DNA of 64,000 nt, taken from contig NC_091995.1 in NCBI RefSeq assembly GCF_044704955.1, forward strand, positions 7,316,001-7,380,000, in the 5' to 3' direction. This document shows, one piece after another, positions 55,550 to 64,000 of the stretch. Every line of letters begins with the position of its first letter. Within the stretch, counting starts at the first letter, position 1. Made by a program: the position numbers and the translations under genes. The notes below the pieces were generated by a model. It was not told where the DNA came from, did not search any database, and saw only the letters and a program-made list of their open reading frames with translations. This DNA is from Pristiophorus japonicus (lineage: Eukaryota).

Positions 55550-58409
55550 GGGCTAGATTTTCCACTTTTTTTTGCATGCTTAACACTCATTTAACATCCA
55601 TTTTACCGCTAAAATGACATATAATGCCCATTTATCGCCCATTTAGCTACAAAATGGAAACTGACAGGCATTTTTCGGAAAAATATCACCGAGCATTACT
55701 TTCCCTATGTGTGTAATGCCGGAAAAAAATAATACCGCCCGCCCACTTTTTTTGTGCGAAATCATCAGAATGGGCGAAATCAACACCCAAAATATCGGCC
55801 AGCATTACTTTCCGCACGGAATTAACGGCAAGATTCAATAATACCGCCCGTCCACTTTTTTTGTCGTAAAGATCATATTTGCCGAAACTAACGGCCATGA
55901 GATCGCCCAGCGTCACTTTCACCACCTCACACATATCGCCCACAATATCACTCGCCCCAAAAAACGTCCAGAAAAAGTGGAACTAACTGAAACTAATCAC
56001 AGCGTTAAGGACACCATGTTCTACATCACATGTCGCATTCTTTAAAAGGCTGCTGTGCTTCAACCTTGGGGGAGTTCAGATGTTCTCTGAAGGTCGTTGG
56101 AGTTGATGTGAACATCTCTACAAACATCTTGACCATACTGTGAGCGATTGGAACTTAATAGGTGTCTTCGTCGGGACATTCATTGTTTGTGACCAATCGG
56201 TGGAAAACAGAGAGCTACTGCAATGGGGCCTGTCCTTTCCCACCCTCTCTTGATGACCAATTGCATGCTGCAGACTCGAGAAGGCCGAAGGTACGCTCCA
56301 CAGCATTATGAGCCCAATGTAAGACGTGACAGACTGATGAGAAAGGCCAGACGTTACACCTCCCGCAAGTACAGGGAGAAGCAGTCTTACCTCGACTTGC
56401 CCGACACCACCTGCCTTCGGAGACTGCGCTTCCACAAAGAGGTTATCACTGAGGTATGCCAGCTCATAAGCGAAGATCTGCAGCCTGCCAGCACCCTCAG
56501 AACTGCACTGTCCGTCGAGGTCAAAGTCATCGCGGCACTGTCGTTCTACATGTCGGGTTCTTTTCAGGCCATAGCTGGCGACATTTGCGGTCTGTCTCAG
56601 TATGCCACATATTGCTTCATTAGACAGGTCACTGAAGCCCTGTACGCATACAGGAGGGACTTGATCAGCTTCCCTATGACTAGGGAGGCAGAGTGAGAGG
56701 GCTCTAGGATTTTCCAGAATTGCAAACTTCCCCAAGGTGCGGACACTTTTTCAGGATGCTGAGGTTTTCAGGAACTGCAAGGGATTCCACTCCCTGAATG
56801 TCCAACTCGTTGTCGACCACCAGCAAATTATAACGACAGTGAATGCTAAATTTCTGGCAGCATCCGTGATGCTCACATCCTGCGAGAGAGCACTGTATCT
56901 GACTTGTTTAACAATCAGCCAATGCTGGATGCTTGGTGACAAAGGATATGGCCTCACCACCTGGCTGATGGCCCCACTGCGTGACACCCACACCGAAGCC
57001 GAGAGGCGATACAACGAGAGCCACAGAGCCACTTGCAATATTGTGGAGAAAACCATTGGAGTGCTGAAGCAGCACTTTAGATGCCTGGACCACTCGGGAG
57101 GCAAACTCCAATACCACCCTGAGCAGGTAGCTCAATTTGTGGTGGTGTGCTCCATGCTGCACAACTTGGCTATGAGCGGGGGACAAGAATTGCCTGATGA
57201 GTCTGACAGTCCACCTCACCAGAGAGAGGAAGAGGAGGACGAGGAGGCGGACGCTGACATCGGCCCAGACAATCAGGCTGACGCTGAAGCCATGCCCCCG
57301 GCCCCTGTAGACCGCATGAAAGGGCCCGTGGTGGCATGATAGCTCCAAGAGCCTTACATCAGGAGCTCATTAATGAGCGCTTTGCCTGAAAGAACTTTGG
57401 TGTTATTTACAAGGCTGACACACTGCTGGGTCTGCAGCTCATACATCAATGGTGGGCATCATCTTGGTGACAGTTAAAGTTTAAGTTGATTGAAGTTAAG
57501 TGTCATTATACTCTTTGATGTTAAGGAATTACCAGCGTGTAACGGTGCAGCTATCTGTGTCAATGCGCAACAAGGTTTTGTTAAATAAAAAACATTTAAA
57601 CCAAACAGTTGTCTGAAATCATCAGTATTTCTGTAAAAATCAACCATTCCCCCTCTGCTTCTCCTCCCCACCTCTATCCCTTCCCCTTCCTGTCCTGACT
57701 CCAAGCCGCCTGACCAAGGGGCTCCTCAGGTGATGCTTCATTGGGGTGTAGCGGGGAGGAAATGACGGCCGAACCGCTGCCTGGACGGATACAGGAGAGG
57801 ACAGTCCTGAGGTGGGAATGTGCTCCGAGCCAGAAGCAAGATGCTGCTCCTGACTCTCATGTGTGGTTGGCAATGAGGGTGTCGTGCTGCAATCCAGGAC
57901 CACTGGGAGCCCTCTGCCATCAGTATTTCTGGCTACCAGCTCCAGGGCCTCCATCATCCCTTCCATGTTATATATTATTTGTTGGACAAAAACTCGGTGC
58001 CAACTCTATTCTTAGTAGGCTTTTTGCTGCTGGTGAACCACCCTCGAGCCTCCCACAACAGCCAAACAAGCACACACCACACCCACACACGCCTTCAGTC
58101 CCTCTCAGCTCCCTCTCTCTCTGTCTCCTCTTCTGCGCATGTCATGATGACCCTTGACCTCCTGAATCGCGGAAATTGAGCGTTGCCATACCGTTGCTAA
58201 GGACGGTGAAACTGTACGGCAGAAGGTCAGCGAGATTTAACGCTACCGCCCATTTCATTTCGCTCGCGGTAATGCCCAATTTCAAAAATGGAGACTAGGT
58301 GCTTTGAGAATGGGCGAGAAGCCAATGATCTGAAAACCCATTTTTACCGCACATGCCGGAAATAACGCCCATTTTTGGGCGATATGCACAAAAGTATAAA
58401 ATCTAGCCC
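55550..58409. mobile_element. PIF/Harbinger DNA transposon (second family), partly deleted
   Basis: Perfect 12-bp TIR gggctagatttt ... aaaatctagccc; 3-bp flanks atg/ata; subterminal cgccc/gcccattt repeats. Confidence 0.92.
56223..57389 (+). pseudogene. HARBI1-like DDE transposase with an internal stop and deletion
   Basis: YLDLPDTTCLRRLRF, ALSFYMSGSFQ, KGFHSLNVQ, LGDKGY, YNESHRAT..IVEKTIGVLKQHFRCL, CSMLHN. TGA at about 56694; the segment with the first catalytic Asp appears deleted. Confidence 0.9.
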
Positions 58410-59418
58410 ATAGACAGGTTAAGTGAGTGGGCAAAGATTTGGCAGATGGAGTATAATGTGGGAAAATGTGAGGTTATCCATTTTGGCAGAAAAAAATAGA
58501 AAAACAAATTATATTTTAAATGGAAAAAAATTGCAAAGTGCTGCAGTACAGAGGGACCTGGGGGTCCTGGTGCATGAAACATAAGACGGTTAGTATGCAG
58601 GTACAGCAAGTGATCAGGAAGGCCAATGGAACGTTGGCCTTTATTGCAAAGGGGGATAGAGTATACAAGCAGAGAAGTCCTGCTACAACTGTACAGGGTA
58701 TTGGTGAGGCCACACCTAGAGTACTGCGTACAGTTTTGGTCTCCATATTTAAGGAAGGATATATTTGCCTTGGAGGCTGTTCAGAGAAGGTTCACTAGGT
58801 TGATTCCGATGATGAGGGGGTTGAGTAGGTTGGGCCTTTATTCATTGGAGTTCAGAAGAATGAGAGGTGATCTTATCGAAACATATAAGATAATGAGGGG
58901 GCTCAACAAGGTGGATGCAGAGAGGATATTTCCACTGAGGGAAAACTAAAACTAGGGGATATAGTCTCAGAATAAGGGGTCGCCCATTTAAAACTGAGAT
59001 GAGGAGGAATTTCTTCTCTCAGAGGGTTGCAAATCTATGGAATTCTCTGCCCCAGAGAGCTGTGGAGGCTGGGTCATTGAATATATTTATGGCCGAGATA
59101 GACAGATTCTTTGAGCGATAAGGGAATAAAGGGTTATGGGGAGCGGGCAGAGAAGTGGAGCCGAGTCCATGATCAGATCAGCCATGATCTTATTAAATGG
59201 CAGAGCAGGCTCGAGGGGCAAATTCTTATGTCCTTATGACATGTTCTCCAAGGTCTCACTGCTCCTCTACACTTCTCAGTATCCTACCACTAATTGTGTA
59301 TTCACTTGTCTTGGTAGCCATCCCCAGATGCATTACCTCACACTTCTCCAGATTGAATTCCATTTACCACTTTTCTGCCCACCTGAACAGTCCATTGATA
59401 TATTCCTACAGTCTGGGA

Positions 59419-60812
59419 AGAATCATAGAATCATAGAAATTTACAGCAAGGAAGGAGACCATTTCGGCCCATCATGTCCGCGCTGGCCGACCAAGAGCTA
59501 CCCAACCAAACCCCACTTTCCAGCTCTTGGCCCGTAGACCTGTAGGTTGCGGCACTTTAAGTGCACATTCAAGTATTTTTTAATTGTGGTGAGGCTTTCT
59601 GCCTCTACCACCCTTTCAGGCAGTGACTTTCAGACCCCCACCACCCTCTGGGTGAAGAAATTCACCCTCATAGCCCCGTAAACCTCCCCCCAATTACTTT
59701 AAATCTATGCCCCCTGGTTGTTGACCCCTCTGACATGTATTCAACTATCAGTGTAACCCATGTATAAGCTGACCTAAGTTGTACATCTTGAGAACATTGA
59801 CCACAAGGGGGTGAACTTGTGGGAGACACTCCTAACCTGGACTTTCAGGTATAAAAGGGGAAGCACCACCCACCTTCATCACTTGAGGTCTTGGTCATAA
59901 AGGTAACTCCTTCTCTCAAGGATGGGCCTCGTGTGCATTTATACTGTATAGTAAGAATATATCATCCTCTGCCAAGGGAAACAGGTTCACTATCCAAGCC
60001 TTTCATAATTTTATACACTTCAATCAGGTCTCCCCTCAGCCTCCTCTGTTCCAAAGAAAACAGACTGAACATCTCAAATCTTTCCTCATAGCCAAAATTC
60101 TCCAGTCTCGGCAACGTTCTTGTAAATCTCCTCTGCACCCTCTCCAGTGCAATCACAACTTTCTTGTATTGTGGTGACCAGAACTGCACACAGTACTCCA
60201 GCTGCAGTCTAACTAGTGTTTATACAGTTCAAGCATAACATCCTTGCTCTTGTATTCCATGCCTCGACCAATAAAGGCAAGTATTTCATATGCCTTCTTA
60301 ACCACCTTATCTACCTGGCCTGCTACCTTCAGGGATCTGTGGACCTGCACTCCAAGGTCCCTTTGTTCCTTTTCAGTGTCGTACCATTTAATGTGTATTC
60401 CCTTGCCTTGTTAGACATCCCAAATGCATTACCTCACACTTATCCGGATTGAATTCCATTTGACACTGTTATGCCCACCTGACCAGTACATTGATATCTT
60501 CCTGCAGTCCGCAGCTTTCTTCTTCATTATCAACCACACAGCCTATTTTAGTGTCATCTGCAAACTTCTTAATCATACCCCCACATTCAAGTCCAAGTCA
60601 TTGATATATACCACAAAAAGCAAGGGACCCAGCACTGAGCCCTGCGGAACCCCACTGGATACAGCCTTCCAGTCAAAAAACACCCATCAACCATTACCCT
60701 TTGCTTCCTGCCTCTCGAGCCAATTTTGGATCCAACTTGCCACTTTGCCCTGGATGTCATGGGCTTTTCCTTTCGTGACCAGTCTACCATGTGAGACCTT
60801 ATCAAAAGCTTT
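59419..60812 (-). mobile_element. CR1 3' portion carrying a solo LTR
   Basis: QFWSPQYKK...LEQRRLRGDLIEVYKIMKG; (agaatcat)n tail. Confidence 0.88.
59731..59964 (+). repeat. Solo LTR of the same Gypsy family as 27519-32698
   Basis: tgacatgtattcaact...tataaaagggg...aatatatca; flanks ccctc / tcctc. Confidence 0.92.
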
Positions 60813-60829
60813 GCAGAGGAGTTATCCCC

Positions 60830-61090
60830 AGAGCTGACACTTCAGTGCAGTTGTATTGTTGGAGGAGCTGCCTTTTTGATGAGACATTAAACCAAAGCCC
60901 AGTTTGTCTGCCTGTTCTGGTGGCTGTAAATGATCCCATGGCACTATTTAAAGAGGTGGGAATTCTCCCAGTGTCCTGGCCAACATTCCTCGCTCAACTA
61001 CCACCATGAACAGATTATCTGATCATTTAACTCATTTGTAGTTTGTTTGACTTTGCGGTGTACAAATCGGCTGCCACATTTGCTTTCATT
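60830..61090 (+). mobile_element. Degenerate Deu-domain SINE fragment
   Basis: gctgacacttcagtgcag...gatgagacattaaacc...gatcccatggcactattt...gtgtcctggccaacatt aligns to 5110-5380. Confidence 0.75.
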
Positions 61091-61154
61091 ATTTGATTTG
61101 CTTTCTCTGGCAAAGAGGAGAAATTGGGTCATTTAACTGAAGTGTTCAAGATTA

Positions 61155-62195
61155 TAAGAACATAAGAAGTAGAAACATAGAAAACAGGAGCAGTAGTAGG
61201 CCATTTGGCCCTTTGAGCCTGCACCGCCATTCAATATGATCATGGCTGATCCTCTATCTCAACACTATATTCCTGCTTTCTCCCCATATCCCTTGATGCC
61301 TTTTGTGTCTAGAAATCTATCATCTCCCTCTTAAATATATTCAATAATTTGGCCTCCACAGCCTTCTGTGGTAGAGAATTCCACAGGTTCACCATCCTCT
61401 GAGTGAAGAAATTTCTCCTCATCGCAGTCCTAAATGTCCTACCCTATATCCTGAGACTGTGACTCCTTGTTCTAGACTTCCTCCCCGCATCCAGTCTGTC
61501 CAACCCCTTCAGAATTTCATACGTTTCAATGAGATCCCCTCTCATTCTTCTAAACTCTAGTGAATACAGTCCGAGTCGACTCCTCATACCATCCCAGGAA
61601 TCAGTCTGATGAACCTTCGTTGCACTCCCTCTATGGCAAGTATATCCTTTCTTAGGTAAGGAGACCAAAACTGCACACAATACTCCAGGTGTGGTCTCAC
61701 CAAGGCCCTGTATAACTGTAGTAAGACATACTTGCTCCTATACTCAAATCCTCTTGCAATGAAGGCCAACATACCATTTGCCTTCCTAACTGCTTGCTGC
61801 ACCTGCATGTTTGCTTTCAATGACTGGTGTACAAGGACACCCAGGTCCCTTTATACATTGACATTTCCCAAGCTATCACCATTAAAATAATACTTTGTCT
61901 TTGTTTTTCCTACCAAAGTGGATAACTTCACATTTATCCACGTTACACTGCATCTGCCATGTGTTTGCCCACTCACTCAACCTATCTAAATCGCCTTGCA
62001 GCATCTTAACATCCTCCTCACAACTCACAATCCCATCAGCAAACTTAGAAATATTACATTTGGTTCCCTCATCCAAATCATTTATATATATTGAGAATAG
62101 CTGGGAGCAAGAGTAGAGCATTTGGCCCCTCGAGCCTGCTCCACCAAACAATAAGTTCATGGCTAATCTGACCTTGGCCTCAACTCCACTTCCCT
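61155..62195 (-). mobile_element. CR1 3' portion plus an adjacent short CR1 tail
   Basis: ISKFADG...[29 protein letters not shown]. Confidence 0.9.
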
Positions 62196-62349
62196 ATCTG
62201 ATAGTTTGATGCTCTTGTCACTTTAAAAAGAAGGATGAGAAGTCCTGAGTCCCAGGATTGGTCAATATAGGAAGGTTTTCTGTTAGTACACCTGGGTTCT
62301 ATCAAAACCCTTCCTCGATATCAGGGCCAGTGAAAATACCTTAGAGACC

Positions 62350-64000
62350 ATAATAGGAGCAGGAGTAGGCCATTTAGCCCCTTGAGCCTGCTCTGTCATT
62401 CAATAAGATCATGGCTCATCTGACCCTGGCCTCAGCTCCACTTTCCCGCCCGTTCCCCATAACCTTCGACTCCCTAATCATTCAAAAATCTGTCTATCTC
62501 CACCTTAAATATATTCAATGAACCAGGCTCCACAGCTCTCTGGGGTAGAGAATTCCAAAGATTCACAAACCTCCGAGAGAAGAAATTTTAAATGGTAACC
62601 CCTTATTCTGAGACTATGGGGGAAAACATCCTCTCTGCATCCACCTTGTTGAGCCCCCTCAGAATCTTACACATTTCAATAAGATCACCTCTCAGTCTTC
62701 TAAACTCCAATGAGTATAGGCCCAACCTGCTTAACCTTTCTTCATAAGATAATCCCTTCATCTCAGGAATCAACTTCGTGAACCTTCTCTGAACTGCCGC
62801 CGATGCAAGTATATCCCTCTTTATATAAGCAGACCAAAACTGTACGCAGTATTCCAGGTGTGGTCTCACCAACGCCCTGTACAGTTGTAGCAGGACTTCC
62901 CTACTTTTATATTCCACCCCACTTGCAATAAAAGCCAACATTCCATTTGCCTTCCTAATTACTTGCAGTACCTGCACGCTAACTTTTTGTGTTTCATGCA
63001 CAAGGACCCCCAGATCCCTCTGTACCTCAGCATTTTGTAATCTCTTACCATTTAAATAATAATTTGCTTTTTTATTTTTCCTAACAAAGTGGATAACCTG
63101 ACATTTGCCCACATTATACTGCATCTGCCAAATGTTTGCCCACTCAATTAGCCTATCTATATCCCTTTGCAGATTATTTGCATCCTCCACTAAACTTGCT
63201 TTCCCACCTATCCTTGAATCAGTAACAAATGTGGTTGCATTGCATTTGGTCCCTTCATCAAAGTCATTAATATAGTATGTAAATAGTTCAGGCCCCAACA
63301 CTGATCCCTGTGGCACTCCACTATTTACAGCTTGCTAACCTGAAAATGATCCATTTATCCCAACTCTCTGTTGTCTGTTACTAAGCCAATCCTCTATCAA
63401 TGCTGATATGTTACTCCAACCCCTTAATCTCTTATCTTGTGCAGTAACCTTTTATGTGGCACCTTATCAAATGTCTTCTGGAAATCCAAATACACGACAT
63501 CTACTGGTTCCCCTTAATCCACCCTGCTCGTTACATCCTCAAAAAACTCCAGCAAATTTGTCAAACATGATTTCCCTTTCATAAATCCATGCTAACTCTG
63601 CTTGACTGTATTATGATTTTCTAAATGTCCTGCTATTGCCTCAATAATAATGGGCTCCATGCATTTTCCTAATGACACATGTTAGGCTAACTGGTCAATA
63701 GTTTCCTACTTTCTGTCTCCCTCCTTTTAGTGTCTTCTACCGTGAAGACCGAAACTATTTGTTCAAAGTCGGTGCCATTTCCCCGTTTCTCAATTTTAAT
63801 TCCCCAGTCTCAGCCTCTAAGGGACCAACATTTACTTTAGCTACTCTCTTCCTTTTTCTATATCTGTAGAAGCTCTTACTGTCTGTTATTATATTTCTTG
63901 CTAGTTTACAATCAAACTATCATCTCCCCTCTTTATTATTTCTTTTAGTTGTCCTCTACTGGTTTCTAAAAATTTCCCAATCCCCTGGCCTTCCACTATT
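62350..64000 (-). mobile_element. CR1 LINE, runs off the right edge
   Basis: PQGSVLGP...[14 protein letters not shown]...RGDLIE; upstream DFQK/NY-PVSL region. Confidence 0.93.

Larger units (their letters stand above)
54734..59237 (+). mobile_element. CR1 LINE interrupted by a Harbinger
   Basis: KSPGADGFHPRVLKE, FADDTKMGG...LQRD|IDRL rejoins across 55550-58409; ttcttatg tail. Confidence 0.92.
54090..59415 (-). mobile_element. CR1 3' portion split by a younger + strand CR1 (pieces 54090-54733, 59238-59415)
   Basis: LYKTLVRP...LEQRR; the sequence resumes after the insert, with acat at both junctions. Confidence 0.75.

Noticed and set aside
56223-57339. Domesticated host HARBI1 gene
   Set aside because: Bounded by TIRs, inserted in a CR1, and carries a stop and a deletion of the first catalytic motif; it is a TE remnant.
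55547-58412. 2-bp AT TSD (ISL2EU-type) for the second Harbinger
   Set aside because: The right TIR has only three C's, so the element starts at 55550 and the added host sequence is 3 bp.
53822-64000. Signal-peptide exon or promoter of the butyrophilin-like gene
   Set aside because: The region is almost entirely CR1, Harbinger, LTR and SINE; no convincing ATG-hydrophobic-GT exon was found.

Overview
Eukaryotic, intron-rich and TE-saturated vertebrate DNA. The repeat families (many CR1 LINEs, L2, RTE, Deu-domain SINEs, PIF/Harbinger elements and MITEs) and the style of the B30.2 domain fit a cartilaginous fish (shark) best; this is an inference. One host gene can be reconstructed on the minus strand, a butyrophilin-like receptor: IgV exon 53474-53821, IgC exon 51275-51559, transmembrane exon 46971-47099, two 27-bp micro-exons (19413-19439, 17600-17626) and a terminal B30.2/PRY-SPRY exon 16492-17024. 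All junctions are GT-AG and phase 1, giving about 449 aa without stops; the leader exon was not found in the window. The micro-exons encode a short juxtamembrane region with YDEV and a junction-spanning ITIM-like IDYVSV, rather than the usual coiled-coil heptads. The rest is repeats. One L2 is split over about 20 kb by nested CR1, a three-LTR rearranged Gypsy, an RTE-type non-autonomous element and a Harbinger. There are also a second Harbinger, twin inverted MITEs 10 bp apart, and four large minisatellites, one of which appears to have grown from a 27-bp segment of an old SINE-like repeat. Most long ORFs in the ORF track are repeat or TE artefacts. TE boundaries are approximate unless a TIR, LTR or TSD is quoted.
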